A stretch of 64,000 nt of DNA from Gammaproteobacteria bacterium (GCA_029882995.1 JAOUJV010000003.1:373-64372), one strand, 5' to 3'. Positions 51,976 through 63,831 are shown, counted from the stretch's first letter. Program-made: numbers and translations. The notes: generated by a model not told the origin, from the sequence alone.

Positions 51976-53783
51976 TAATCTTTCCCTACCTGTAAAACTG
52001 CAAAAAAGGCTGCCTGTGGAATTTCCACTGACCCCACCTGTTTCATACGCTTCTTGCCTGCTTTTTGTTTTTCCAGCAATTTACGTTTACGAGACATGTC
52101 TCCACCATAACATTTGGCAGTTACATTTTTTCTTAATGCCTTGACATTGGTGCGTGCAATAATCTTGGCACCAATAGATGCCTGTATCGCCACATCAAAC
52201 ATCTGTCTTGGTATTAACTCCTTCATTTTCTCTGTCAATTCACGGCCACGTCTTAACACGTGATCACGATGAACGATAACAGCAAGCGCATCTACTTTTT
52301 CACCATTAATCATAATATCCAGTTTGACCAAATCTGCCTGCTGGAAGCGTTGGAACACATAGTCCATTGATGCGTAACCACGGCTGACTGATTTCAGGCG
52401 ATCATAAAAATCAAGCACGACTTCATTCATAGCAAGTTCATAGGACAAATTTACCTGATTGCCATGATAATGCATGGATTTCTGTACACCACGCTTTTCA
52501 ATACATAATGTTATCACATTCCCGACATATTCCTTCGGCACAAGGATATTGACCAGAATAATCGGTTCCCTGATTTCCTTTATTAAACCGGTATCAGGTA
52601 ATTTGGACGGGTTTTCAACATGTATCACTTCACCCTTGGTTGTTTCTACTTCATATACCACTGTGGGTGCTGTAACGATCAGATCAATATCATATTCACG
52701 TTCGAGTCGTTCCTGAACGATCTCCATATGGAGCAAGCCAAGAAAGCCACAACGAAAACCAAAACCCAGCGCAAGAGAGGTTTCAGGTTCATAAAAAAGT
52801 GCCGCATCATTCAATCTTAATTTTGATAATGCTTCACGCAAGTCTTCATAATCATCCGCACTGATCGGGAACAATCCGGCAAAAACCTGTGGCTGAACAG
52901 TATGAAAACCCGGTAATTGTTCAGAGGCAGGTTTTCCTGCGTGGGTAATTGTGTCACCTACAGGTGCACCATCAATCTCCTTGATTGATGCAATCACATA
53001 TCCGACTTCACCCGTATTCAGAATACCGGTATCACGCCGCTTTGGTGTAAATACACCAACATGGTCTACCAGAAAATCACGTCCGGTAGACATCATTCTG
53101 ATTTTGTCTTTTGCTTTTAATGCGCCCTGTACAACACGCACAAGTGAAACCACGCCCAGATAATTATCAAACCAGGAATCAATAATCAGTGCTTTTAACT
53201 CTGCTTTCGAATCACCGGAGGGTGGTGGAATCCTTTTTATTAATTGCTCAAGCAAATCGTGTATTCCAATACCTGTCTTGGCACTGACCTTGATTGCATC
53301 ATGTGCTTCAACACCAATGATGTCTTCAATCTCTTGTGCAACACGTTCCGGTTCGGCAGAAGGTAAATCAATCTTGTTCAGTACCGGCACGACTTCCAGA
53401 CCCAGATCGATTGCGGTATAACAGTTGGCCACACTTTGTGCCTCGACCCCCTGTGCAACATCAACGACCAACAAGGCACCTTCACAGGCGGCTAATGAAC
53501 GGGAAACTTCATACGAGAAATCAACATGCCCCGGGGTATCAATCATATTCAATTGATATTCAATCCCGTCATCTGCCTTATAGTTCAGGCACACAGACTG
53601 GGCTTTAATCGTAATGCCACGCTCCCGTTCTATGTCCATCGAGTCAAGGACCTGACCCTGAGTGCCCATTTCACGTTCAGTCAGTCCGCCGCACAGTTGA
53701 ATAAAACGATCGGCCAGCGTCGATTTACCATGATCGATATGGGCAATAATGGAAAAGTTGCGAATGTGCTGCATGTCGGTCAT
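51975..53783 (-). CDS. lepA: Elongation factor 4
   Basis: [28 protein letters not shown]. 602 aa. Confidence 0.95.
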   Translation of the reverse strand: MTDMQHIRNFSIIAHIDHGKSTLADRFIQLCGGLTEREMGTQGQVLDSMDIERERGITIKAQSVCLNYKADDGIEYQLNMIDTPGHVDFSYEVSRSLAACEGALLVVDVAQGVEAQSVANCYTAIDLGLEVVPVLNKIDLPSAEPERVAQEIEDIIGVEAHDAIKVSAKTGIGIHDLLEQLIKRIPPPSGDSKAELKALIIDSWFDNYLGVVSLVRVVQGALKAKDKIRMMSTGRDFLVDHVGVFTPKRRDTGILNTGEVGYVIASIKEIDGAPVGDTITHAGKPASEQLPGFHTVQPQVFAGLFPISADDYEDLREALSKLRLNDAALFYEPETSLALGFGFRCGFLGLLHMEIVQERLEREYDIDLIVTAPTVVYEVETTKGEVIHVENPSKLPDTGLIKEIREPIILVNILVPKEYVGNVITLCIEKRGVQKSMHYHGNQVNLSYELAMNEVVLDFYDRLKSVSRGYASMDYVFQRFQQADLVKLDIMINGEKVDALAVIVHRDHVLRRGRELTEKMKELIPRQMFDVAIQASIGAKIIARTNVKALRKNVTAKCYGGDMSRKRKLLEKQKAGKKRMKQVGSVEIPQAAFFAVLQVGKD

Positions 53784-53897
53784 AAGCTACTCCGACAGAG
53801 GCAGTGTGGACATGCCCTGTTTGGTGTTAAATATCATAAAATCGGGAATTAACCAGATAACTCATTTGCCTTTCAAGAATAGGCGTATTCTACCCGA

Positions 53898-54161
53898 TCA
53901 GGGCGAATCTTCGAAATATTTACGGAAGGCTTCGACATCGAGGAAATAAAAGCAAATTTCAGTGTCATTTCCGGTCAGAACCGGTACTCGGGTACCAAAT
54001 TTCTGTTCCAGCTCTGCATCCCCGCTGATGTCCACTTCCCTGATTGTGAAGTCCCAATGCTCGCGCTGTTGATCCAGCGCAACCCGCATTTCCTCACACA
54101 AATGGCACCCGTAACGACCGTACAGCACCAACTCACGGGGACGGGAGCCGGTGTCTGTCAT
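53898..54161 (-). CDS. Glutaredoxin-like thioredoxin-fold protein (CxxC)
   Basis: 87 aa: LVLYGRYGCHLCEEM. Overlaps the degP stop by 1 nt. Confidence 0.65.
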   Translation of the reverse strand: MTDTGSRPRELVLYGRYGCHLCEEMRVALDQQREHWDFTIREVDISGDAELEQKFGTRVPVLTGNDTEICFYFLDVEAFRKYFEDSP

Positions 54162-55585
54162 TAGTCCTTTTCTATTTTTAGTGCCAGAAAGATTGGGCCG
54201 TTCCGGCGCTGTACCAACATCGGGATTGACTTGCCTTCAGGCAAATCCTTAACCAGCTTTTTAAAGTGACTGGCATCCTTGATATCGATGTTGTTAATCA
54301 TCACGATGACATCACCTCTGCGCACACCGGCCTGAGCCGCCGGGCCTTTTTCAGCTTGCTGAACAAAGACACCACTCTTTTCAATATCCAGTTCCTTTGC
54401 CACTTCTGCTGGTATATCGCTTACCATCAAACCGAGTATGCTTTCACGTGACTCTTTTGATTTTGATGAGGCTACTACCGTGTCCTCTTCTTCCGGCAGT
54501 TCACCAATCTTCACTGTCAGTGTTTTGTATTTTCCATTTCTTAATATCTTAACACTATACGGTTTATTAACTTCACTACGTCCCACCAACGGAGGTAGAT
54601 CTGATGAACGTGGAATCGACTTACCATCAAAACTCAAAATAATATCGCCCGTCTTGAAGCCCGCCTTTTCTGCAGGACTATCGTCTATTACCTTGGCAAC
54701 CAATGCCCCTTTAGGATGTTTCATGCCAAAAGATTCTGCCAGTTCGCGCGTTACGTCCTGAATCAACACACCCAACCAACCACGGGTAACATGTCCCTTC
54801 TTGCGAATTTGATCAACTACGTCCATTGCCATTGACATGGGAACAGCAAAAGACAATCCCATAAAGCCACCGGTACGACTGTATATCTGGGAGTTAACAC
54901 CTACCACTTCACCGTCCATGTTAAAAAGCGGTCCGCCTGAATTGCCTGGATTGATGGCAACGTCAGTCTGGATAAAAGGTACATAGTTCTCACGTGGCAA
55001 ACTGCGCCCCTTTGCACTCACAATTCCTGCGGTGACTGTATGCTCAAAACCAAATGGAGAACCAATGGCCAACACCCACTCTCCCACCTTAAGTTTATTG
55101 GAATCACCTATCCGGACAACTGGCAGATCACCTGCATCAATTTTCAACAGTGCAATATCACTATAATGATCAGTACCAATAATCTCTGCCTTGAATTCAC
55201 GACGATCACTCAGGCGCACGATGATTTCATCTGCATCTTTGACCACATGATTATTGGTAATGACATAACCGTCATCAGAAATAATAAAACCGGAACCCAG
55301 TGATCTTGCATCATGTTCTTCTATTCCATCTTCCTCAGGTCTGAAAAACTTATCAAAAAAGTCCTTGAATGGGGCATTCTCCGGCATATCCGGAATATTA
55401 AATGGCGGATGCCCATTACTTCTTTTGGTTTTTTGAGTTGTACTGATGTTAACAATCGCAGGACTTGCTTCTTCAACCAGTTCTGTAAAATCAGGCAGGC
55501 TTTGTGCCAAAGCTGTTTGTGAAACAACAACAGTAATCAGGGGCAGAAGGAAAAACAATCTTGTGAAAATGTTTCTGTGCAACAT
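54161..55585 (-). CDS. degP: Periplasmic serine endoprotease DegP/MucD (HtrA family, two PDZ domains)
   Basis: Catalytic triad context (HVV...D...GNSGGPL) and two PDZ domains. Lies downstream of rseC as in algU-mucABCD. Confidence 0.9.
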   Translation of the reverse strand: MLHRNIFTRLFFLLPLITVVVSQTALAQSLPDFTELVEEASPAIVNISTTQKTKRSNGHPPFNIPDMPENAPFKDFFDKFFRPEEDGIEEHDARSLGSGFIISDDGYVITNNHVVKDADEIIVRLSDRREFKAEIIGTDHYSDIALLKIDAGDLPVVRIGDSNKLKVGEWVLAIGSPFGFEHTVTAGIVSAKGRSLPRENYVPFIQTDVAINPGNSGGPLFNMDGEVVGVNSQIYSRTGGFMGLSFAVPMSMAMDVVDQIRKKGHVTRGWLGVLIQDVTRELAESFGMKHPKGALVAKVIDDSPAEKAGFKTGDIILSFDGKSIPRSSDLPPLVGRSEVNKPYSVKILRNGKYKTLTVKIGELPEEEDTVVASSKSKESRESILGLMVSDIPAEVAKELDIEKSGVFVQQAEKGPAAQAGVRRGDVIVMINNIDIKDASHFKKLVKDLPEGKSIPMLVQRRNGPIFLALKIEKD

Positions 55586-55615
55586 GGGATGTAATCCTGT
55601 ACAAAAAAGTTGAAT

Positions 55616-56062
55616 TTATAAAATTTTTCTCAATACCACAGGTTGGTAGTCACTGTCTGTACTGATCCTGTTACTGAATTTTTTTACCCAGACAAATCCC
55701 AGAATGAGACCGGTTATTCCCGCCAGTATTCCAGGCCAATCTGCTGTGATACCTGCATTCATCGCCAGCCTCTCACCGAGGAAACCGGTCAGTAACATGG
55801 TGAGCAAGGGTATCATATAAATAGCCAGAGAACCCAACAACAGCGCATTTTCACGGATACCAATGACGACTTCATCGCCGATAGTCAACGACAACGTGTT
55901 AAGTGCTTTTATGCGGGTACGATAGCGACCAAGCACCTTGGATAAAACAGCGGTTCCACAACCCTTGTTTACAGCACAACTGCCACATGTTGATCGACGC
56001 TGGGTCTCGACCAGAACAAACCCTTCTCCCATTTCAACAACCTGAGCGGTTTCTTCAATCAC
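55616..56062 (-). CDS. rseC: Sigma-E regulatory protein RseC/MucC
   Basis: CGSCAVNKGCGT motif followed by two transmembrane segments. Confidence 0.8.
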   Translation of the reverse strand: MIEETAQVVEMGEGFVLVETQRRSTCGSCAVNKGCGTAVLSKVLGRYRTRIKALNTLSLTIGDEVVIGIRENALLLGSLAIYMIPLLTMLLTGFLGERLAMNAGITADWPGILAGITGLILGFVWVKKFSNRISTDSDYQPVVLRKIL

Positions 56063-57035
56063 TGGTTTTATACCTGACAGAATTCCCTATAAACTCGACT
56101 GTTTCGGCAGGCACTTCACCTACCACGGTTACCTGATGATCATTAACGACATTAGCAAAGACATGAACAGCCCCCATGTAGGAAACGCCTTGCATTAAAT
56201 CATTCTGCTCTTCCACTTTTTCAATATAAACAGACACGGTTGCCAAACCATCACTATAAACAAAATGTTCTACCGGCATTTTACCCGCTGGCAAACGTCG
56301 ACGTCCGCGTTCCGTCATCATGAACCCTTCCGGTGAATTCTCGACATCCCAGCCCTTTTCAAGCTCCATCGCTTCAACTGTGTCTTTTTCGTGTTCAAAC
56401 CATTTGTACTGTTTGCCCATCAGTTCAGGCATCAATGCCTTGTCGGAAATAACCGCTGAATAATCAATCCGGGTAAACATGATCTGCTCAATGGGTTCAC
56501 CAGTTTCATTGACCATATCCGATTTCAGTAAAAGGCCGGTTTCGCTATCCAGCCACAAACGATAACCAAAACGATAGCCATCACGCGGCTTGACCAGCAC
56601 CTGCTGTGTCTTTCTGCCTGCAATTCTGTCCTGCTCACCCAGTTCAAATTTATAATATTGTTCAAGACGCATTACGTCTTTACTGGTTAAATCATCAGGA
56701 AACAGCTTTTTAGGTCGACTCTTGTCAACAACAACGGATTTGTCATCAGGGAGAATACAGGTGATTTTTGAATTGTCGCGCACAATTTCCCGCGCAACAC
56801 CGTTCAGGGAAAACAGACGTTCCTGCTCACCCTTGTCACCAAACTTATGCACAATCTGCATGGTTTCCAGTCTGCCATTGTGCAGATAGATGAAAGTGCC
56901 TTCGTAATTCAGCATTTGTGCAGCCTGTGACATACGTACAAGCCATTCATGCGCTTCGCGGGAATTATCTTCGGACCAGGAAACAGCCGGTGTGATTAGT
57001 AAAAGAAATACCAGTGCACGTAAAGGGGTGATCAT
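56055..57035 (-). CDS. rseB: Sigma-E regulatory protein RseB/MucB
   Basis: 326 aa, periplasmic, with a signal peptide. Operon position. Confidence 0.85.
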   Translation of the reverse strand: MITPLRALVFLLLITPAVSWSEDNSREAHEWLVRMSQAAQMLNYEGTFIYLHNGRLETMQIVHKFGDKGEQERLFSLNGVAREIVRDNSKITCILPDDKSVVVDKSRPKKLFPDDLTSKDVMRLEQYYKFELGEQDRIAGRKTQQVLVKPRDGYRFGYRLWLDSETGLLLKSDMVNETGEPIEQIMFTRIDYSAVISDKALMPELMGKQYKWFEHEKDTVEAMELEKGWDVENSPEGFMMTERGRRRLPAGKMPVEHFVYSDGLATVSVYIEKVEEQNDLMQGVSYMGAVHVFANVVNDHQVTVVGEVPAETVEFIGNSVRYKTSD

Positions 57036-57589
57036 TTTTTCTCGCTATCGTAACCCACAATCCTTGCATAGGGTAACACTCCCTGCATACCATTGCTGTA
57101 TTCATTGTGATTAACTAGATAGGAGTTCAGTCTGGATTCGACTGCAGGCTGTTTCACATCCCAGCGTGTACCCGAAACCCTCACCCATTCCTGTGATAAC
57201 GGTGCTGTCACTGTGGATGCAACCTGTTGTGAATTACCATTGATTACCGGTGTATCAGGTAATGCAATCAGAACCGATACGATCGCAACAGATGCCGCGA
57301 TACCAATACCACCGACATATTTAAGCGCATTCGACTGAAACAGTTTTCTGGCCTGGGATACCTGAACAAGCGGTTCTTGCTCAATATTTTCACGTACGCT
57401 TTCAGCAAAACCGGGAGATGCGCGATGAGCAAGATGGCCTTTCAGTACATCACTGATTAAATGATAACGTTCCCATTCTGCCTGTAACGACTCATCTGCC
57501 TCGATTTGTTTAATCAAAAGCGGACGTTCATTGGCATCCAGTTCACCATCAACCAGTGCTGAAATCTGTTCTTTTATCTTGTCTCTCAT
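57032..57589 (-). CDS. rseA: Anti-sigma-E factor RseA/MucA
   Basis: N-terminal ISALVDGEL, a single transmembrane segment and a periplasmic C-terminal domain. Confidence 0.85.
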   Translation of the reverse strand: MRDKIKEQISALVDGELDANERPLLIKQIEADESLQAEWERYHLISDVLKGHLAHRASPGFAESVRENIEQEPLVQVSQARKLFQSNALKYVGGIGIAASVAIVSVLIALPDTPVINGNSQQVASTVTAPLSQEWVRVSGTRWDVKQPAVESRLNSYLVNHNEYSNGMQGVLPYARIVGYDSEKK

Positions 57590-57611
57590 AACCCGCTCCT
57601 CACCCTTACAA

Positions 57612-58190
57612 TCAGGGTTTTAACAAGGGCTCTATCTTGCTGTTAATCGCATCACGCGCCCGGAATATTCTCGAACGCACCGTTCCAACCGGACATTCCA
57701 TGGCTTCGGCTATTTCTTCATAGCTTAGACCTTCCAGTTCGCGCAAGGTAATGGCGGTCCGCAGATCATCAGGTAAATCGTCCATGGCACTGAAAACCAC
57801 TTTCTCTATTTCGTCCTTAAGTAACAGACGTTCCGGTGTGGCATTTTCTCTGATGTTCATGCTGTCCTCATACTGCTCGGCATCCATTGCATCAATATCA
57901 CTGGCTGGCGGACGACGACCCATCGATACCAGATAGTTCTTTGCGGTATTGATGGCGATCCGGTAGATCCACGTATAAAACGCACTGTCTCCACGGAATC
58001 GGGGGAGCGCCCGGTAAGCCTTGATAAAAGCCTCCTGAGCCACATCCTGCACATCATTCGAGTCACGCAAATAACGGGAAACCAGATTGACTATCTTGTG
58101 CTGGTATTTCAACACGAGCAAGTCAAATGCCCGTTTATCACCGCTCTGTGCCCGCTCTACTAGTTCCTTGTCGGTCGCTTGCTCTGCCAT
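57612..58190 (-). CDS. rpoE: RNA polymerase sigma-E factor RpoE/AlgU
   Basis: 192 aa: DKRAFDLLVLKYQHKIVNLVSRY...AEAMECPVGTVRSRIFRAR. Divergent from nadB, as in enterics. Confidence 0.95.
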   Translation of the reverse strand: MAEQATDKELVERAQSGDKRAFDLLVLKYQHKIVNLVSRYLRDSNDVQDVAQEAFIKAYRALPRFRGDSAFYTWIYRIAINTAKNYLVSMGRRPPASDIDAMDAEQYEDSMNIRENATPERLLLKDEIEKVVFSAMDDLPDDLRTAITLRELEGLSYEEIAEAMECPVGTVRSRIFRARDAINSKIEPLLKP

Positions 58191-58379
58191 TTGAGCCTGC
58201 CCTTTCAGGCAGCTCCCTTAACGCTGGTAAAATAGACCACCCGGTTTGGATATAGTTCTGAAAAAATCATACTAAAATGATAAAAAACTTGTCATAAATC
58301 AGGGATATCCAGACCACAATATCGACATTTTGCCGAAAAGTCGCCATTATGGACTCAATTTCAGGAATAGCCAAATACT

Positions 58380-60005
58380 ATGGGTAAGCAATTTAATTCA
58401 GATGTGCTGGTCATCGGTAGCGGGGCTGCCGGGCTAACTCTTGCCCTGCAACTGGCCGACAGTGCCCGCGTAACGGTCATTTCCAAGGGAACGCTGACAG
58501 AAGGCTCCACCTTCTACGCCCAAGGCGGGGTCTCGGCTGTATTCAATGATGAAGATTCGATTGATTCCCATGTAGAAGACACGCTGAATTCCGGTGCCGG
58601 GCTGTGCAATAAAGAGGCCGTCCAGTTTGCCGTTGAACATGCACGTGAAGCAGTTCAAAAACTCATTGAATACGGTGTGCCATTCACACGTGAAATCAGC
58701 AGTGATGGTGTAGAAAATTATCATCTGACACGTGAAGGTGGTCATAGCCATCGCCGGGTTATTCATGCCGCAGACACCACAGGTCGGGCAATGGAGACTA
58801 CGCTGGCGGATCGGGTCAAGCAACACCCCAATCTGACTATTTACGAACAACACATCGCCGTTGATTTAATCACTGGTGACAAACTCGGGCTTTCGACCAA
58901 TCGCTGTCTCGGCGCCTATGTACTGGACCGCGAAAAACAAAAAGTGCATGCCTTCCGCAGCAAATTTGTGATCCTTGCGACCGGTGGTGCCAGCAAGGTA
59001 TACCTTTATACCAGTAACCCGGATGTTTCTACCGGTGATGGTATTGCCATGGCATGGCGTGCCGGTTGTCGAGTCGCTAATATGGAATTCATCCAGTTCC
59101 ATCCTACGTGTCTTTATCATCCGAAGGCAAAATCATTTCTGGTGAGTGAAGCTGTTCGGGGTGAAGGTGGCAAATTGCTGTTGCCCGATGGCAGTCCGTT
59201 TATGCAAAAATTTGATCCACGTGGTGAACTGGCACCACGTGATATTGTTGCACGCGCAATTGACCATGAGATGAAACGCACAGGTAGTCACTGTGTGTAT
59301 CTTGATATCAGCCACAAACCGATTGATGAAATAAAAAAACGCTTCCCAAATATTTATCAACGTTGTCTGGAATATGGTTTTGATATGGCGATGGAACCGA
59401 TCCCGGTGGTACCGGCGGCACACTATACCTGTGGTGGCGTCATGACGGATCTCAATGGTCGTACCGATATTGATGGACTTTATGCGATCGGTGAAACCGC
59501 TCACACCGGCATGCATGGTGCGAATCGACTGGCCAGTAATTCACTTCTGGAATGTATTGTGTTTGGTGAATCCGCCGCCAATAATATTCGCAATCAATTA
59601 AAGAAAATCAAATTGCCGGCACCACTACCTGACTGGGATGAAAGCCGCGTTACCGACTCAGATGAAGAAGTTGTGGTCTCGCACAACTGGGACGAACTGC
59701 GCCGCTTTATGTGGGACTATGTTGGTATTGTGCGCACCACCAAGCGTCTGCAACGCGCAAAACACCGTATTGATTTACTATTAAGTGAAATCCATGACTA
59801 CTACGGTAATTTCCGCGTTACCAACGATTTACTGGAGCTACGTGACCTGACCGTTGTTTCTGATCTGATTATTCGTTCTGCGATGCAGCGCAAGGAAAGC
59901 CGCGGCCTGCATTACACGCTGGATTATCCCGATACGTTACCCAGTGCGCAGGATACGATTTTGACGCCGGAGAATTTTATGACGTTAAAGAAAGTGAGTG
60001 GTTAA
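58380..60005 (+). CDS. nadB: L-aspartate oxidase
   Basis: FAD-binding motif [11 protein letters not shown] and a fumarate-reductase-like flavoprotein fold. 541 aa. Confidence 0.9.
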   Translation: MGKQFNSDVLVIGSGAAGLTLALQLADSARVTVISKGTLTEGSTFYAQGGVSAVFNDEDSIDSHVEDTLNSGAGLCNKEAVQFAVEHAREAVQKLIEYGVPFTREISSDGVENYHLTREGGHSHRRVIHAADTTGRAMETTLADRVKQHPNLTIYEQHIAVDLITGDKLGLSTNRCLGAYVLDREKQKVHAFRSKFVILATGGASKVYLYTSNPDVSTGDGIAMAWRAGCRVANMEFIQFHPTCLYHPKAKSFLVSEAVRGEGGKLLLPDGSPFMQKFDPRGELAPRDIVARAIDHEMKRTGSHCVYLDISHKPIDEIKKRFPNIYQRCLEYGFDMAMEPIPVVPAAHYTCGGVMTDLNGRTDIDGLYAIGETAHTGMHGANRLASNSLLECIVFGESAANNIRNQLKKIKLPAPLPDWDESRVTDSDEEVVVSHNWDELRRFMWDYVGIVRTTKRLQRAKHRIDLLLSEIHDYYGNFRVTNDLLELRDLTVVSDLIIRSAMQRKESRGLHYTLDYPDTLPSAQDTILTPENFMTLKKVSG

Positions 60006-60008
60006 ATA

Positions 60009-60431
60009 TTAAAACAACAGTACCCTCAATCTTCTAAAGCTTTCCCTGTCTACATTATCTGGTAACAATATTGCCGAATACCTCTCCTTATCTTCGGTTT
60101 TAAAATTCAGGATGGAAATAAACGGGTGTCGATAACTGTTTGCCTGCAATTCCGCATAAACTTCCTTGCTATCACCAATAATCAGTTGCCAGTCTCTATC
60201 ACTGTCATGAATGATTTCCTGAATACGATGATTTTCAAAAACATGTCGCTTCAGTGATAAAAAAGCACTTATGATGAGAACCAGTGTTAACAAGGAATTA
60301 ATTGCAAATTGTAGTGGCGATAACCACAAAACACCCAATGTGAGTGTATGAGTACTGATAATAAACGTTGATAACAATCGTGACGGTTTCAGGTTAATCC
60401 GTAACGGTGGTGCGTATTGCCTCGATGACAT
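60009..60431 (-). CDS. YgfX/CptA-like inner-membrane protein (DUF1434)
   Basis: 140 aa with two transmembrane segments near the N-terminus. Immediately downstream of sdhE, as for ygfY-ygfX in E. coli. Overlaps sdhE by 38 nt. Confidence 0.55.
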   Translation of the reverse strand: MSSRQYAPPLRINLKPSRLLSTFIISTHTLTLGVLWLSPLQFAINSLLTLVLIISAFLSLKRHVFENHRIQEIIHDSDRDWQLIIGDSKEVYAELQANSYRHPFISILNFKTEDKERYSAILLPDNVDRESFRRLRVLLF

Positions 60432-60648
60432 GTTGATGCCTCCCGTCCATGGGTGGTGTGTGTTTCATAAAATATTCATACAGATCCTGATCTGATGTTT
60501 CCAGTATTTCCTCAAATATTTGCTTGTCATTCTCTGACAGCACATCATATTTCTTTTCAAGAAAACCCTGCAACAATTCATCCAGCTCCAGCATGCCGCG
60601 TCGGCATTTCCATTTGAGTCGTCTTCTGTTTTCACTTGAATCTTTCAT
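60394..60648 (-). CDS. sdhE: FAD assembly factor SdhE (YgfY/CptB)
   Basis: 84 aa with the RGMLELD (RGxxE) motif. Confidence 0.85.
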   Translation of the reverse strand: MKDSSENRRRLKWKCRRGMLELDELLQGFLEKKYDVLSENDKQIFEEILETSDQDLYEYFMKHTPPMDGRHQHVIEAIRTTVTD

Positions 60649-60651
60649 GAT

Positions 60652-61347
60652 CTAGATATGATGTTTCACCATAAGTTTCTTGATATTGCCAATGGCACTG
60701 GTCGGGTTCAGGTTCTTGGGACACACATCAACACAATTCATAATCGTATGACAACGGAACAAGCGATACGGCCCTTCGAGTTCATCCAGTCGCTCGGCAG
60801 TGCCTTGATCACGACTGTCCATTAAAAAGCGTGCAGATTGTAATAAAGCAGCAGGTCCTCTGAACAAATCCGGATTCCACCAGAACGAAGGACAGGATGT
60901 CGTACAGCATCCGCATAGAATACATTCATAGAGTCCATCCAGTTTGTCACGGTCTTCCGGGCTTTGTTTGATTTCAATTTCCGGATCCGGATCATGACGA
61001 ATAAGATAAGGTTTAACCGAACGGTATTGATGAAAGAACTGCCCCATATCGACAATCAGATCACGGATTACGGGTAAACCCGGCATGGGCCGCAACTCAA
61101 CCGGTTGTTTGAGTACTGTTAAAGGCGTGATACAGGCCAAACCATTACGGCCATTGATATTCATACCATCAGAACCGCACACACCTTCACCACATGAACG
61201 GCGGAAACTCAGGGTTTCATCCTGTGCCTTGAGTCGCTCCAGTGCATTTAACAACATCATCCCCGGCTCGACATTAGCAAGCTCGTATTCCTGCATATGT
61301 GGTTCGGCATCGGTTTCCGGGTTGTATCTGTATATTAAAAATTTCAT
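60652..61347 (-). CDS. sdhB: Succinate dehydrogenase iron-sulfur subunit
   Basis: 2Fe-2S motif CGEGVCGSDGMNINGRNGLAC and 4Fe-4S/3Fe-4S motifs CILCGCCTTSCP and CHTIMNCVDVCP. Confidence 0.95.
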   Translation of the reverse strand: MKFLIYRYNPETDAEPHMQEYELANVEPGMMLLNALERLKAQDETLSFRRSCGEGVCGSDGMNINGRNGLACITPLTVLKQPVELRPMPGLPVIRDLIVDMGQFFHQYRSVKPYLIRHDPDPEIEIKQSPEDRDKLDGLYECILCGCCTTSCPSFWWNPDLFRGPAALLQSARFLMDSRDQGTAERLDELEGPYRLFRCHTIMNCVDVCPKNLNPTSAIGNIKKLMVKHHI

Positions 61348-63110
61348 TAATACACTCTCGGCTTGGGCGGAAATGAATCCACCGTTAACGGTTTAATATG
61401 AACAGGCTTGTATTCAAGTCGACGACCTTCCTTGAAATACAAGCTGTGCTTCAGCCAGTTCTTGTCATCACGTTCAGGATAATCAATACGGGAATGGGCA
61501 CCACGACTTTCCTTACGTTCCAATGCCGAACAGACTGTGGCAACAGCCAAATCCATCAGGTTTTCCAGTTCCAGTGCCTCAATGCGCGCGGTATTAAATA
61601 TCTTACTGTGATCCTTTAATCGGGCATGTTGCAGGCGTTCTTCAATTGCCAGTACTTTTTCAACGCCCTCTTTGAGCACATCTTCCTGTCGGAACACACC
61701 ACAATATTTATCCATGGTCTTTTTTAAATCCGTCTTGATACTGTCAACGGATTCACCGTCGCCCTTTTTATCCCAGCGCGCCAGTCGTGACAACGCATAA
61801 TCAACACTTTCTTCTGCTATCGGACGGTGATAACGGTTTTCTTTCAGATATTCAATAATATGATTACCGGCTGCTCGACCGAACACCACAATATCCAGTA
61901 ATGAATTACCACCCAGACGATTGGCGCCATGTACTGACACACAGGCACATTCACCTGCTGCATATAAACCGGGCACCGGCTCTTCCGCCCCCTGATGTTC
62001 AGGCACGACTACCTGACCATGACGATTGGTGGGAATACCACCCATGGTGTAATGCGCGGTTGGACACACCGGAATAGGTGCATTAATCGGATCAACACCG
62101 GCAAACGTCATCGAAAGATCACGAATACCGGGTAAACGTTTTTTAATAATATCTGCATCCAGATGATCTACCTTCAACAGGACATGATCCTTGTCAGGCC
62201 CACAACCACGCCCTTCTTTTAATTCGATAGCAATGGATCGACTGACCACATCGCGACTGGCCAAATCCTTTGCATGTGGTGCATAGCGTTCCATGAAACG
62301 CTCACCTTCACCATTAACCAGATAACCGCCTTCACCCCGCACACCTTCACTGATCAACATACCCTTGCCGGCAATACCGGTCGGGTGAAACTGGAAGAAC
62401 TCCATGTCTTCCATTGGTATACCGGCACGCAAAGCCATGGCCATACCATCACCGGTATTAATGCGTGCATTGGTATTGTTATAAAATAATTGTCCGGCAC
62501 CACCGGTTGCGATCAGTGTTGTTTTTGCCTCAATTAAAAGCGGTATACCGGTTTCAATCTCAATAGCCACCGCCCCCAGAATATAGCCTTCTTCATCCTT
62601 AACCAGATCGAGTGCAAAATATTCATCGAAGAAATGAGTGCGCGCATGAATATTTTGTTGATATAAGGTGTGCAAAATAGCGTGACCCGTTCGATCCGCC
62701 GCCGCACAGGTACGTGCCGCCTGATCACCGCCGAAATTCTGGCTTTGTCCACCAAACGCACGTTGATAAATACGACCGTTTTCCAGTCGTGAAAACGGGA
62801 CGCCGGAATGTTCCAGTTCAATAACCGTATTGGATGCGGCACGACACATGTATTCAATCGCATCCTGATCACCAAGATAATCACTGCCCTTAATCGTGTC
62901 ATACATATGCCAGTGCCAGTTATCCGGCAAGACATTGGCCAGCGCCGCATTAATACCACCCTGTGCCGCAACGGTGTGTGAACGGGTTGGAAAAACCTTT
63001 GATACCACACCCACACTGGCGTCAGCCTGCGATAACTGTAATGCGGCACGCAATCCACCACCACCGGCACCAATTACAAGACAATCAAACTTACGTTTAG
63101 TCAGGTTCAT
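61347..63110 (-). CDS. sdhA: Succinate dehydrogenase flavoprotein subunit
   Basis: [16 protein letters not shown] plus the His-FAD attachment region. Start placed at MNLTKRKFD, overlapping the sdhD stop. Confidence 0.9.
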   Translation of the reverse strand: MNLTKRKFDCLVIGAGGGGLRAALQLSQADASVGVVSKVFPTRSHTVAAQGGINAALANVLPDNWHWHMYDTIKGSDYLGDQDAIEYMCRAASNTVIELEHSGVPFSRLENGRIYQRAFGGQSQNFGGDQAARTCAAADRTGHAILHTLYQQNIHARTHFFDEYFALDLVKDEEGYILGAVAIEIETGIPLLIEAKTTLIATGGAGQLFYNNTNARINTGDGMAMALRAGIPMEDMEFFQFHPTGIAGKGMLISEGVRGEGGYLVNGEGERFMERYAPHAKDLASRDVVSRSIAIELKEGRGCGPDKDHVLLKVDHLDADIIKKRLPGIRDLSMTFAGVDPINAPIPVCPTAHYTMGGIPTNRHGQVVVPEHQGAEEPVPGLYAAGECACVSVHGANRLGGNSLLDIVVFGRAAGNHIIEYLKENRYHRPIAEESVDYALSRLARWDKKGDGESVDSIKTDLKKTMDKYCGVFRQEDVLKEGVEKVLAIEERLQHARLKDHSKIFNTARIEALELENLMDLAVATVCSALERKESRGAHSRIDYPERDDKNWLKHSLYFKEGRRLEYKPVHIKPLTVDSFPPKPRVY

Positions 63111-63448
63111 TTTATTACCACCAGAATCACAACACGCAACATCCATATCCCGATACTAAACAAAGATAACCCCGTCGCAGTTAAAAGAATAAATCGTAAT
63201 AGTGAGGAATGTGCATAATCCATAATGACATCACGAATACCTACCCAGGCATGCACCAGTAAAGCGGCAAAAAAGATTGTCGTTGCCAGCGAAAAAAACG
63301 GATCCGCCATCCAGCTATGCCAGTTTTGATAATCAGATATTGACGCAGACGAAAACAGAAACAGGACAAAGAACGTGTATCCCGTCATGTACAGTGCGCT
63401 CATTCGCTGTAATAACCATGCGCGTAATCCATGTGCATGCAGAGTCAT
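63107..63448 (-). CDS. sdhD: Succinate dehydrogenase membrane anchor subunit
   Basis: 113 aa with three transmembrane segments. Operon position. Confidence 0.8.
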   Translation of the reverse strand: MTLHAHGLRAWLLQRMSALYMTGYTFFVLFLFSSASISDYQNWHSWMADPFFSLATTIFFAALLVHAWVGIRDVIMDYAHSSLLRFILLTATGLSLFSIGIWMLRVVILVVIK

Positions 63449-63831
63449 AAGAGTACCCCTGCGAAAAACGCTGTAATCAATATACCAAGAAGTATCATCA
63501 ACCAGGAATTGAGACGACTGGCAGAACGACTAATACCAATATCAAGATCCAGCAGTAATAATCGAATACCATTCACAAGGTGATGGGCAAACATCCAGAT
63601 AATCAGTAGCAATACAACCCGAACATCGCTACGGTTAAAAAACTCTACCAACTGTTGAAACCCCTGCTCTGTTTTCAGGGATATCTCCAGTATATATATA
63701 AGGAATGGTATCAGCATAAACAGGATAACACCTGAAAACCTGTGGGCAATGGACACAATTGCCCCAATTGGCATACGAATCTTGAGCAGGTTCAGAAATT
63801 TGGGTCTTTTTTGTTGTTCTGACATTTCCAT
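63445..63831 (-). CDS. sdhC: Succinate dehydrogenase cytochrome b556 subunit
   Basis: 128 aa with three transmembrane segments (RPKFLNL...SIAHRFSG). First gene of the operon. Confidence 0.8.
   Translation of the reverse strand: MEMSEQQKRPKFLNLLKIRMPIGAIVSIAHRFSGVILFMLIPFLIYILEISLKTEQGFQQLVEFFNRSDVRVVLLLIIWMFAHHLVNGIRLLLLDLDIGISRSASRLNSWLMILLGILITAFFAGVLL

Noticed and set aside
63111-63146. Upstream extension of sdhA ([12 protein letters not shown])
   Set aside because: It overlaps the sdhD 3' end. The typical SdhA start is MNLTKRKFD with the FAD dinucleotide-binding motif immediately after.
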